A stretch of DNA of 61,317 nucleotides from an uncultured virus (IMG/VR IMGVR_UViG_3300024518_006364) (IMGVR_UViG_3300024518_006364); one strand, 5' to 3'. Shown: positions 1-7,849, counted from the first letter of the stretch. Translations and numbers: made by a program. The notes: a model not told the origin generated them from the letters alone.

Positions 1-2
1 CT

Positions 3-812
3 TATGCCGAGTACGACAACGACGTGCGTTATATCGGCTGCTCGAACAACGACAACATGCAGCACTGGTGGGAGTGGAACGCGGCCAGTTCGGCGACCGG
101 TATCACTGATCAGACAGTGCGGATTGAGAACTGCGCATTCTACGGCGAGTACCAGGCGCACAAGAATGGGGCCGACGCTGGTGCGCTGGACGTCGAAGTC
201 CGCAACAGTCTGCTCGATTCCGATGATGGCGGTCTCGGTCTCTTCCTGTCGCGCGGCGGCGGGGCCAGTGGCTCGTGCAACGTGACCCTGTTCCCCGGCA
301 GTGGAGTCAAGCTGTCGCAACGGGTCCACGTCAACGCGAACCAGGTCAACGCGGGGTGCACGCGGACGGCCCTGAAGGGAGCGGTCCTCGACGATGCCGG
401 GGTCACGCCGGTCACGAACGCGGGCACGCTGATCGACGACAACGCCAAGAAGGTCGTGGTCGCCTCCGTGGACCTCAAGGACGGCGCGTCCGATTTCAGT
501 GCTCCCGTTCCCCACAGTGTCGATTTCAACTTCGTCCCGACGCGGGCCGTGGTCCGATGCCGCACCGCGACCGCTCTGGCGGGAGATACCTCGATCAGCA
601 TCGGCACGTCGGCGGGCGGCACGCAGATCCTCGCATCCACACCGCTCACTGGCCTGGATGCGGCGGACGAGACGTTCCTGCTCGACTCACTCGTCGCGGC
701 CATCTCCAAGATCGCGGGACAGGCCACGATCTACGTCAAGGTCACCTCGGTCGACACCGGCACGAGCGGTACCGCAGACGTCGAACTGCACGGCGATCAG
801 GTCGCGGCCTAA
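3..812 (+). CDS. C-terminal part of a putative virion structural (tail fibre/appendage-like) protein, 5'-truncated by window edge
   Basis: Frame open from base 3; Gly/Thr/Ser/Val-rich, beta-strand-like composition typical of phage structural proteins. Confidence 0.55.
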   Translation, partial: YAEYDNDVRYIGCSNNDNMQHWWEWNAASSATGITDQTVRIENCAFYGEYQAHKNGADAGALDVEVRNSLLDSDDGGLGLFLSRGGGASGSCNVTLFPGSGVKLSQRVHVNANQVNAGCTRTALKGAVLDDAGVTPVTNAGTLIDDNAKKVVVASVDLKDGASDFSAPVPHSVDFNFVPTRAVVRCRTATALAGDTSISIGTSAGGTQILASTPLTGLDAADETFLLDSLVAAISKIAGQATIYVKVTSVDTGTSGTADVELHGDQVAA

Positions 813-833
813 CGGCCAGGAAGGAACAGAACA

Positions 834-1025
834 ATGGACGGATACAACGACTGGGCCGACAAGGGCACAGCCCGCGCATATGCCAAGGCCAATGGCAAGG
901 GGATGTGGCGGACGGAAAAGGACAACGGAGACCGCGAGGTATTCGTCGGTGCTGCCAAGCCGACCCAGAACTCGGATGGCACCGACGTCGACAAGGTCGT
1001 GACGATGCTGCCGCCTCCGGCGTAG
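834..1025 (+). CDS. Small hypothetical protein
   Basis: 63-aa ORF, AGGAAGGA upstream, tight packing with neighbours. Confidence 0.6.
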   Translation: MDGYNDWADKGTARAYAKANGKGMWRTEKDNGDREVFVGAAKPTQNSDGTDVDKVVTMLPPPA

Positions 1026-1035
1026 CCGCGAGTAG

Positions 1036-1575
1036 ATGACCGAGGACGGCACCAAGGTCAACGGAGAGAAGCTCCGGCTCGAGCAGCGCAACACGAAGCT
1101 GAAAAACATCGCTCTCGTCATCGGTGCCACAGCCACCTTGGTCGCCGCGGGCACAAGCCTGTTCAGTTCCCTCGGGCTCGACAGTCTCATTGCTTCCAAG
1201 CACACTGCCCAGACCGAGACATCGAAGAATGCCTACGATGCGATGAAGACGTCCAACACCAAGTTGCGCGAAGCCCTGCGGCACGCGTTCGAGCGTATCC
1301 GTGCTCTGGAGAGCCAGGTCAGAGATCTCAAGCAGGACCACAAGATTACGTGGATGATGCGCATGGCGGCGGCGACGCACACCCCCGTGCCCCTGCCACC
1401 CCCCGAGCCAGAGGTTGCGCCTCCAGTGACGAGCGATGTCGAGGCTCTCCTGGGGGACGTGAAACCGGGGTGGACACTTTCGTCTCTTCTTGGTAAGCCC
1501 AAGGACGAAGGGCTCGAAATGCTGGAGGACGCCAAGCCTCTGGCCTGGGATCAGGTGCAACACCCGCAAGAGTAG
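1036..1575 (+). CDS. Membrane-anchored coiled-coil protein (possibly lysis-associated)
   Basis: N-terminal hydrophobic segment IALVIGATATLVAAG followed by heptad-rich region. Confidence 0.6.
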   Translation: MTEDGTKVNGEKLRLEQRNTKLKNIALVIGATATLVAAGTSLFSSLGLDSLIASKHTAQTETSKNAYDAMKTSNTKLREALRHAFERIRALESQVRDLKQDHKITWMMRMAAATHTPVPLPPPEPEVAPPVTSDVEALLGDVKPGWTLSSLLGKPKDEGLEMLEDAKPLAWDQVQHPQE

Positions 1576-1669
1576 TCTCCGTAAATCAGCTATCCTTTTC
1601 AGGTAGAAGATAGAGTAGTGCAGTGAAGACTCTGTCTTCGCCTTCATTTTTCCGAGAAAGGAGCGTCCA

Positions 1670-2044
1670 ATGTTCTTGTTCACAGATGAAGCCCTGACCA
1701 TCGGCGGTCAGGTTGTCATTGCCGCTTTCTTGGCAGCATTTGTCCTGCTACTTTGGAACTTCATGGTCGGGCAGTACCACGGGTGGCGTTTTGGTGTTGC
1801 TCTCCACCACCACGATGTCCGTTCTGCCGCGCATCATTTGCGGTGGTTCAACTTCGAGGCCCGTTGTGCCTACGCGGCAAAGCTCATCCAGAGACGCCCA
1901 GAGTTCGAGGCCACAATGTTCCGGGTGAGCTGCATGATCCACCTGATGGACGGAGGAAGCCGGGAGGCGTGGTTGCTAAGCATGCGCCCACACGTCCCCC
2001 CGTACGTTGTGGACAAGGCGCGGAGGGCCGTGAAGGGGAGCTAA
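1670..2044 (+). CDS. Hypothetical membrane protein
   Basis: AAGGAG RBS; N-terminal transmembrane segment. Confidence 0.6.
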   Translation: MFLFTDEALTIGGQVVIAAFLAAFVLLLWNFMVGQYHGWRFGVALHHHDVRSAAHHLRWFNFEARCAYAAKLIQRRPEFEATMFRVSCMIHLMDGGSREAWLLSMRPHVPPYVVDKARRAVKGS

Positions 2045-2090
2045 AAATCCCGCTTTACGCGGTAAAAGGTGGGGTCCCCAAGATACCCCC

Positions 2091-2118
2091 TTGACAGCCG
2101 TTGGCGGTCGTGCATACT
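2091..2118 (+). promoter_or_regulatory. Sigma70-like promoter for the RNA cluster
   Basis: TTGACA-16 nt-CATACT directly upstream of tRNA-fMet. Confidence 0.6.
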
Positions 2119-2130
2119 GGGGCGGTCTGG

Positions 2131-2206
2131 TGCAGGGTGGCGCAGTTGGCAGCGCGTTGGGCTCATAACCCGAAGGTCGAGGGTTCGAGTCCCTCTCCTG
2201 CTACCA
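2131..2206 (+). tRNA. tRNA-fMet (CAT), initiator type
   Basis: Cloverleaf, unpaired 1:72, three G-C pairs in anticodon stem, CTCATAA loop, encoded CCA. Confidence 0.93.
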
Positions 2207-2418
2207 AAGAAATGAGGTCGAGGAGCACATGGACGGACAACCAACACCAAGTGAGTCAGGAGACATTCCCGGCGATCAGACCGACGGGGACTATCCTTGG
2301 TTTCACGTGTCCTGCCCTCTGACAACAGAATACAAATCACAATTGCGGGACAGCCGTCTCTCGTAGTCCCGTTCCCATCTTTCTTCTACAGAAACAGAGC
2401 CGAGAGACGGACTTCTCT

Positions 2419-2489
2419 CCCCGGACTGGGGAACACATACAGGACAGGACAACCTTCGGGCTCTTGTCTCTGCCCCGGTCCGGGGGCCA
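2419..2489 (+). ncRNA. Rod-shaped RNA 1 ending GCCA
   Basis: 13-bp terminal helix 2419-2431/2473-2485, 5'-side bulge, cUUCGg hairpin, unpaired G-CCA. Confidence 0.65.
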
Positions 2490-2501
2490 TTCTTCTACAA
2501 T

Positions 2502-2581
2502 GCCCCGTATCAGCGACAACCATGGGCTCGGGTTCCGAGGGGCCCCGAGGTCTCCGAGTCGCGCGCTGGTAAGGGGCGCCA
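2502..2581 (+). ncRNA. Rod-shaped RNA 2 ending GCCA
   Basis: Terminal helix 2502-2515/2564-2577 (one mismatch), inner hairpin, G-CCA. Confidence 0.6.
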
Positions 2582-2594
2582 TTGAATGTTCTAT

Positions 2595-2664
2595 GCCCGG
2601 AGTGTGGGCTGATGCTGAATAAACCCTTCGGGGAATGCAGGCTGATCTCGCGCTCCGGGCACCA
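2595..2664 (+). ncRNA. Rod-shaped RNA 3 ending ACCA
   Basis: 14-bp helix 2595-2608/2647-2660, CCC-UUCG-GGG hairpin, A-CCA. Confidence 0.65.
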
Positions 2665-2665
2665 T

Positions 2666-2738
2666 CCCCGGGCCACGCGGCTTTGTAAGACAGACTCCCT
2701 GCTGGAGAGCAGGGGTGCCGCGTGCTCCCCGGGGGCCA
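2666..2738 (+). ncRNA. Rod-shaped RNA 4 ending GCCA
   Basis: Helices 2666-2672/2728-2734 and 2674-2681/2717-2724, 5' bulge, inner hairpin with GGAG loop, G-CCA. Confidence 0.65.
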
Positions 2739-2814
2739 TTAAAACCCCGGACAGCCTGTCCACATGTCATGGGACACGCTAGTGGGCTGTTCGTACTCTC
2801 CTTGCGGGGGTGAA

Positions 2815-3186
2815 ATGATGAAGACGAGTACGATGGCTGGTGGTCGAGTCTGTGTCTATGTTCCTGGCCATCCTGCGGCCAACGGCAGTGGTTACATCCT
2901 TCGATCGCGGTACGTCATGGAACAGAAACTGGGACGCAGGCTTCGATCTGACGAAGAGGTCCACCACAAGGATGAGAACCCCACCAACGACGAGGAGGAC
3001 AACCTGGAACTCCTGTCTAAGGCAGAGCACACCAGGCTTCACTGCAAGGACGGAAAGCGGCGCAGACTGGACTACGATCGTATTCGGGAGCTACGCCTAC
3101 AGGGGTTGGGATACAAGAGGATCAGCAATGCCACAGGGTATCCTCGAAGTTCGGTAAGGTCGGCCATCGCAACCATGAATCTGTAA
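2815..3186 (+). CDS. HNH homing endonuclease with C-terminal HTH
   Basis: YVMEQKLGRRLRSDEEVHHKDENPTNDEEDNLELL...HTRLH HNH motif; C-terminal LGYKRIS..TGYPRSSVR helix-turn-helix. Confidence 0.85.
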   Translation: MMKTSTMAGGRVCVYVPGHPAANGSGYILRSRYVMEQKLGRRLRSDEEVHHKDENPTNDEEDNLELLSKAEHTRLHCKDGKRRRLDYDRIRELRLQGLGYKRISNATGYPRSSVRSAIATMNL

Positions 3187-3187
3187 G

Positions 3188-3558
<371 letters not shown>

Positions 3559-3670
3559 AGAATGACCGCGAGTAGCGTAGCTCGCGTTGTTCGCAGCTGG
3601 CTGGGCACCCCTCCGGGGTGTCCGGTCTTTTTCCAATGTGTTCAGTTCCAAACCAAGCAAGGGGAGAAGA

Positions 3671-4021
3671 ATGGAAGACGAGACGACCGAGAAGACCGAA
3701 GGGGCATTCGTAGCCTCGCTGAAGCGCAACAACCGGCAGATCAAGGACGACAGGGCCGAGGCGATTGCCGAGGATGCGCAGATGCGCTATCGCCGGACGG
3801 TCGAGGATCTGGACATGGAGATCCGGCGCATGAGGCGCCAGCGGGAGAACATGCTGGACATGTCCCCCGACAACACCCTGAGCCTGATGGTGGCGAACGA
3901 CTTCGATTCCGCCGAGTTCGTGACCAGAGACATCAAGCTGGGCATCGCCATCCGCGAGGCCGAGATCCGGCTGGAGATCGCCCAGAAGCAGTACGATCGT
4001 CTCTTCACGGGAGGTGAGTGA
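3671..4021 (+). CDS. Helical/coiled-coil hypothetical protein, first gene of the vWA-PurA operon
   Basis: GGGGAG RBS; stop overlaps next start (TGATG). Confidence 0.75.
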   Translation: MEDETTEKTEGAFVASLKRNNRQIKDDRAEAIAEDAQMRYRRTVEDLDMEIRRMRRQRENMLDMSPDNTLSLMVANDFDSAEFVTRDIKLGIAIREAEIRLEIAQKQYDRLFTGGE

Positions 4022-4914
4022 TGGGACACAGCAGCTATTCCTCCCACACCCGCTCGGCGAGGGCAGAGACAAAGGGCTACCACACCAAGCCTGCGGAGCA
4101 GATCTTCGAGAGCAGCATGAACAACGCGATGAGCCCGCACGGTGTCACGCTGCGCGAGGCACGCGACTCCGAGGCGCACCCCTGTTCGATCCCGATCTTC
4201 CTCGGGCTGGACACGACCGGGTCGATGGGACCGATCCCGCTCTTCCTGGTCAGGAACGGGCTGCCGCACATGGTGGAAACGATCATCAAGGCCGGGATCC
4301 CAGACCCGCAGGTGCTGTTCACGGGGATCGGCGATCACGAGTGCGACCGCGCCCCGCTCCAGATCGGTCAGTACGAGTCCGGCGACGAGGAGCTCGACCA
4401 CTGGCTGACCACGCTGTGGCTCGAGGGCAACGGCGGCGGCAACTACGGTGAGAGCTACCTCCTGGCGTGGTTCTTCGCCGCCCTCTACACCGCCCATGAC
4501 CACTTCGAGAAGCGCGGGAAGAAGGGGCTGCTGTTCACCATCGGCGACGAGCCCACCCTGAAGGAGCTTCCCGCGCGTGCCCAGAAAGCCCTCATGGGCG
4601 ACGGTCAGTACTCGGACATCACGAGTGCGGAGCTGCTCGACAAGGCCCGCGAGACGTACGAGGTGTTCCACCTGCACATGCTCCAGGGCAGCAAGGGGCT
4701 GCGGCCGGAGGTCCAGGACGGCTGGAAGCAGCTGCTGGGAGACGACCACGTCATCATGGTGCAGGACAAGGCGGACGTCGCGCAGATCATCGCCGATACG
4801 GTGCTGAAGGTGGTGAACGCCCAGAACAGCGGCACCACGCAGGCGCCCGGCCCGCAGGACGTTCAGCAGAAGGACGACGATGGCGATGGGGGCGACGGCC
4901 CCATGATGCTGTGA
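4021..4914 (+). CDS. von Willebrand factor A (vWA) domain protein
   Basis: MIDAS-like LGLDTTGSMG, IGD, EGNGGGNYGESY and FTIGDE motifs. Confidence 0.8.
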   Translation: MGHSSYSSHTRSARAETKGYHTKPAEQIFESSMNNAMSPHGVTLREARDSEAHPCSIPIFLGLDTTGSMGPIPLFLVRNGLPHMVETIIKAGIPDPQVLFTGIGDHECDRAPLQIGQYESGDEELDHWLTTLWLEGNGGGNYGESYLLAWFFAALYTAHDHFEKRGKKGLLFTIGDEPTLKELPARAQKALMGDGQYSDITSAELLDKARETYEVFHLHMLQGSKGLRPEVQDGWKQLLGDDHVIMVQDKADVAQIIADTVLKVVNAQNSGTTQAPGPQDVQQKDDDGDGGDGPMML

Positions 4915-6044
4915 ACGCGCACGCCGTAATTGGCATGGGTTTCGGTGACGAGGGCAAAGGACTCGTCACCGATTACCTGTGCTCCCTCGCACCAGACGAC
5001 ACAGAAGTAGTCCGCTTCTCTGGCGGACACCAGTGCGGACACAAGGTCGTCAGGGGTGCCAAGGAGCACATCTGCTCCAACTTCGGGTCGGGCACACTGC
5101 TCGGGTGTCCGACGCACTGGTCGAAGCACTGCACGTTCGAGCCTGTCGGCTTCATGAGAGAGCGTGCGTTGCTGATGAGCAAAGGTATCGAGCCCGTCAT
5201 CAGCGTGGACCCGGACTGCCCGGTCACGACGCCCTACGACATCCTGGCGAACATCCACGCTCCCGAGATGGAGCACGGTACAACCGGGACGGGCTTCTTC
5301 AGGACCAAGAAGCGGCACTACCAGGACGGGCTGAAGCTGACGGTCGGAGACCTGCACAACGAGGCGATGAGCGACGTGAACCGAAAGCTGGATGAGATCC
5401 GGGCCTACCACGGAATGCCGAAGGACTTCTCGGTTGAGGAGCCGTTCCACTTTGCGTGGAGGAGCCTCGGAGAGTGCGTCCTCCTGGCCATGCGGCCCGA
5501 ACGTGAGCGTCGCGTGTTCGAGGGAAGCCAGGGGCTGATGCTCGACGAGAACATCGGCACCATGCCGCACTGCACCCCGTCGGATGTGACGCCGAGGAAT
5601 GCACTGGAGATGGCCATCATCGACGAGGTGTGGCTGGTCTCCAGGGTGTACCAGACGCGGCATGGCAACGGGCCGATGACCAACGAGGACCGCCCGGTGG
5701 TTCTCAAGAACACCGACCACGAGACGAACAAGCATGACGAGTTCCAAGGTGAGTTCAGGACAACCGTGCTGGACCTCGACCAGCTGATGCACGCCAAGAC
5801 CAAGGGCATCGATGCCGTGGTCCCCGAAGGGACACGTGTCAACCTGGTGATGACCTGTGCCGACCAGGTCGAGAGGTACGAGTTCACCGAGAACAGGGTG
5901 CCCTTCTCGTTTCGTGACGTGGACCCCTTCGTACGCGCCGTCGGCAAAGCTCTCGGAGTGAACGGAAGCCTCTACGTGAACACGAGCCCTCGCTCTTCCA
6001 CGATCAGACAAGTAACGATTGGTGGCCAAGCGACGGCTGTCTAG
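4911..6044 (+). CDS. purA: Adenylosuccinate synthetase-like protein
   Basis: GMGFGDEGKG, GGHQCGH, FEGSQG, TRHGNGP motifs; GTG start overlapping upstream stop. Confidence 0.85.
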   Translation: MNAHAVIGMGFGDEGKGLVTDYLCSLAPDDTEVVRFSGGHQCGHKVVRGAKEHICSNFGSGTLLGCPTHWSKHCTFEPVGFMRERALLMSKGIEPVISVDPDCPVTTPYDILANIHAPEMEHGTTGTGFFRTKKRHYQDGLKLTVGDLHNEAMSDVNRKLDEIRAYHGMPKDFSVEEPFHFAWRSLGECVLLAMRPERERRVFEGSQGLMLDENIGTMPHCTPSDVTPRNALEMAIIDEVWLVSRVYQTRHGNGPMTNEDRPVVLKNTDHETNKHDEFQGEFRTTVLDLDQLMHAKTKGIDAVVPEGTRVNLVMTCADQVERYEFTENRVPFSFRDVDPFVRAVGKALGVNGSLYVNTSPRSSTIRQVTIGGQATAV

Positions 6045-6200
6045 GCTGCGCGCGACGCGGCTGACAAATTGAGCCTGTCGAAGAAGTTCGCTGTAGGGGT
6101 AGAGTCCTACGGTCACCTGCTTTCGCCCCTCCTCCCAGACCCGATAACCACTTGAACCGTCGAACGTACCGGTGGTTTCTGGGAGGGGGACTTATACAAT

Positions 6201-6295
6201 GGCAGTGCTTGCTCTGGAAATAAACTGAGGAGCGGGGTCTTTCGGGATCCTGGCTGTAGTAGCCTGCGGAGGTGCGAATCCTCCCACTGCCACCA
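6201..6295 (+). ncRNA. tRNA-like RNA without a canonical anticodon arm
   Basis: GGCAGTG/CACTGCC-ACCA acceptor and GGAGG-TGCGAAT-CCTCC T arm; middle replaced by other hairpins including a UUCG loop. Confidence 0.65.
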
Positions 6296-6372
6296 GTTTG
6301 GAGTGTCTGGAAAGCGATGTCAGCTCCCGCGGTCTCCCCCCCACCGCGGGCCCGGGCACTCCATTTTTCTGT

Positions 6373-6506
6373 GACTGCGCGAGGATAAGGCTTCATCAAG
6401 TCCACCTGGAATCTCGGGTTCGAGTCCCGGTCATGCCGCCACTGTGGCGTGATAGTCTAGCGGCTAGGACGCCAGGAGTATGTGCCTTGACCGCTTCATC
6501 GCAGTC
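6373..6506 (+). ncRNA. yrlA: Y RNA 1, YrlA type (permuted tRNA domain)
   Basis: Terminal stem GACTGCG/CGCAGTC with unpaired C; internal order T arm, loop-closed acceptor stem, D arm. Confidence 0.85.
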
Positions 6507-6521
6507 TCCTTTGGTTAAATT

Positions 6522-6584
6522 TGGTCACGCGAAGCGAAGGGTTCATCGGCTAAAATGACTCCCCTTTGCGCTCCATCGTGGCCA
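6522..6584 (+). ncRNA. Y RNA-like 2, minimal (terminal stem module only)
   Basis: TGGTCACG/CGTGGCCA and GCGAAGGG/CCCTTTGC helices; TTCATC and CATCG motifs. Confidence 0.72.
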
Positions 6585-6592
6585 TTCAATTT

Positions 6593-6655
6593 GGATCGCG
6601 CGTAGCTAAGGTTTCATCTTCCACATGACACTCCTTGGCGTTTTCATCGCGGTCC
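6593..6655 (+). ncRNA. Y RNA-like 3, minimal
   Basis: GGATCGCG/CGCGGTCC and GCTAAGG/CCTTGGC helices; same motifs. Confidence 0.72.
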
Positions 6656-6664
6656 GATCCTCTC

Positions 6665-6733
6665 GCCGCGCGAGTTCAAGGTTTCATCTTCGCCCCTCGA
6701 AGAGCCCCCAAAACCTTGTTCGTCCATCGCGGC
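6665..6733 (+). ncRNA. Y RNA-like 4, minimal
   Basis: GCCGCG/CGCGGC and CAAGGTTT/AAACCTTG helices; same motifs. Confidence 0.7.
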
Positions 6734-6749
6734 TTCTTTGAATACGGTT

Positions 6750-6885
6750 TGTCCGCGCGAGGTAAAGGTTTCATCACGGAGCTGGAGGTCGCAGGTTTGA
6801 GTCCTGCCCCCGCGACCACTAATGCGGGGTAGCTTAGTTGATAGAGCGCCAGCTTAGAAACTCCTTCACCGTTACATCGCGGACA
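6750..6885 (+). ncRNA. yrlA: Y RNA 5, YrlA type (permuted tRNA domain)
   Basis: TGTCCGCG/CGCGGACA stem; GCTGG/CCAGC, T arm GCAGG-TTTGAGT-CCTGC, loop-closed acceptor CCCCGCG/TGCGGGG, D arm. Confidence 0.85.
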
Positions 6886-6889
6886 TTTT

Positions 6890-7086
6890 TTCGAGAGTTC
6901 GATGGACCCTGTGAGTGAATGTTTGCACCTCGGACAACCCGGGATCAGCCGACGGCCAAAGCCCCCGGGTAATCGCCGCCCTCCAACACTGTTCCACTGG
7001 AGACGCCCTCCCAGGAGGATGTCGAGGTAAAGGTGGCATGTTGGATCAAGGGCTGTATAGCTCCCAGGGCCCATCGAACTTTCGAA
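6890..7086 (+). ncRNA. Candidate ~195-nt multibranched structured RNA
   Basis: Long closing stem TTCGAGAGTTCGATGG..CCCTG / CAGGG..CCATCGAACTTTCGAA; inner ACCTCG/CGAGGT enclosing three hairpins. Confidence 0.55.
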
Positions 7087-7089
7087 CTT

Positions 7090-7164
7090 GGTGCATTAGT
7101 GTAGCGGCCAGCACGCTGGACTGTCTATCCGGTATCACGGGTTCGAGTCCCGTATGCACCGCCA
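7090..7164 (+). tRNA. tRNA-Asp (GTC)
   Basis: Cloverleaf, CTGTCTA loop, GCCA. Confidence 0.92.
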
Positions 7165-7170
7165 CTCTTC

Positions 7171-7244
7171 GGGTCGATACGATAATGGTAGTCACACAGA
7201 TTCCAACTCTGTGGGTCAGGGTTCGAGTCCTTGTCGGCCCGCCA
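7171..7244 (+). tRNA. tRNA-Trp (CCA)
   Basis: Cloverleaf with weak D stem, TTCCAAC loop, GCCA. Confidence 0.8.
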
Positions 7245-7245
7245 C

Positions 7246-7320
7246 AGGTCGTTCGTCCAGCGGATAGGACGCGGGGCCCCGGACCCCGTAACGGGGGTTC
7301 GAATCCTCTACGGCCCGCCA
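7246..7320 (+). tRNA. tRNA-Arg (CCG)
   Basis: Cloverleaf, CCCCGGA loop, GCCA. Confidence 0.88.
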
Positions 7321-7321
7321 C

Positions 7322-7396
7322 GGACCGTTCGTCTAATGGACAGGACGCTGGACTACGGATCCGGTAATGGGGGTTCGAGTCCCTCACGGTCTGCCA
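7322..7396 (+). tRNA. tRNA-Arg (ACG)
   Basis: Cloverleaf, CTACGGA loop, GCCA. Confidence 0.92.
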
Positions 7397-7406
7397 GGTT
7401 TTCAAT

Positions 7407-7540
7407 GAACGCGTCGTCTAAGTATCGGAGGTCCGGCTGGCGCAACCGGAGCGGGCATTCTGGAACCTACCTCTGAATGGAAGGACACGTAAGGCCCTAC
7501 AGCCGCGCGGATGCAGAGTCGAGCCCTGCCGCGTTCACCT
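7407..7540 (+). ncRNA. tRNA-derived RNA with large structured D-loop insertion
   Basis: GAACGCG/CGCGTTC acceptor; D stem GTCT/GGAC split by ~55 nt; degenerate T and anticodon arms; ends ACCT. Confidence 0.55.
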
Positions 7541-7558
7541 CATTTTTTTGGAGAGTGC

Positions 7559-7849
7559 ATGGAGATTCCCGAGACATTGATCGAAAAGGTGCGTGCCTGG
7601 TTAGGAGATGAAGGGCAAAAGCATTTCCAAGCCTACCAGGACGAGTTCGGTACCGTATCGCCTGTGTACTCGATTCCCCGCAACAAGGGACCGCGTTCGG
7701 GAGGCTTCCCCCACCCGGTTCACTTCCGTGAGGGGATGCAGGTTCGGAACTTCCTGCGCAAGTGCGAGGAGTGCGTCAAATGGGATGACCACGAGCTCGA
7801 TGACAACTGGGCTGACGTGGTCACTAAAGCAATCGCTGTCGGGGTGTAG
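7559..7849 (+). CDS. Hypothetical protein within the tRNA cluster
   Basis: GGAGAG RBS; 96 aa; stop lies inside tRNA-Pro. Confidence 0.75.
   Translation: MEIPETLIEKVRAWLGDEGQKHFQAYQDEFGTVSPVYSIPRNKGPRSGGFPHPVHFREGMQVRNFLRKCEECVKWDDHELDDNWADVVTKAIAVGV

Noticed and set aside
2229..2366. 45-aa ORF with AGGAG RBS after tRNA-fMet
   Set aside because: No recognisable motif and overlaps a hairpin; possible but unsupported.
2432..2440. Bulge AACACATAC complementary to 23476-23484 as an antisense target
   Set aside because: A 9-nt match in 61 kb is plausible by chance.
4911..6044. PurZ and a Z-base genome
   Set aside because: The GDEGKG Asp is retained (PurZ has Ser) and no datZ/mazZ-like genes are nearby.
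6373..6885. CRISPR array (recurring CGCGA...AAGG.TTCATC motif)
   Set aside because: Repeats are degenerate, spacing is irregular (about 70-150 nt), each unit pairs its own 5' and 3' ends, and no cas genes are present; Y RNAs explain it better.
6890..7086. Firm 6S RNA call
   Set aside because: The apical part is multibranched rather than rod-like; cannot be confirmed without a covariance-model search.
7407..7540. Amber suppressor tRNA or stop-codon recoding (CTA in loop)
   Set aside because: The loop is not a 7-nt loop on a 5-bp stem, there is no CCA, and TAG ends conserved genes normally (capsid, tube, PurA).
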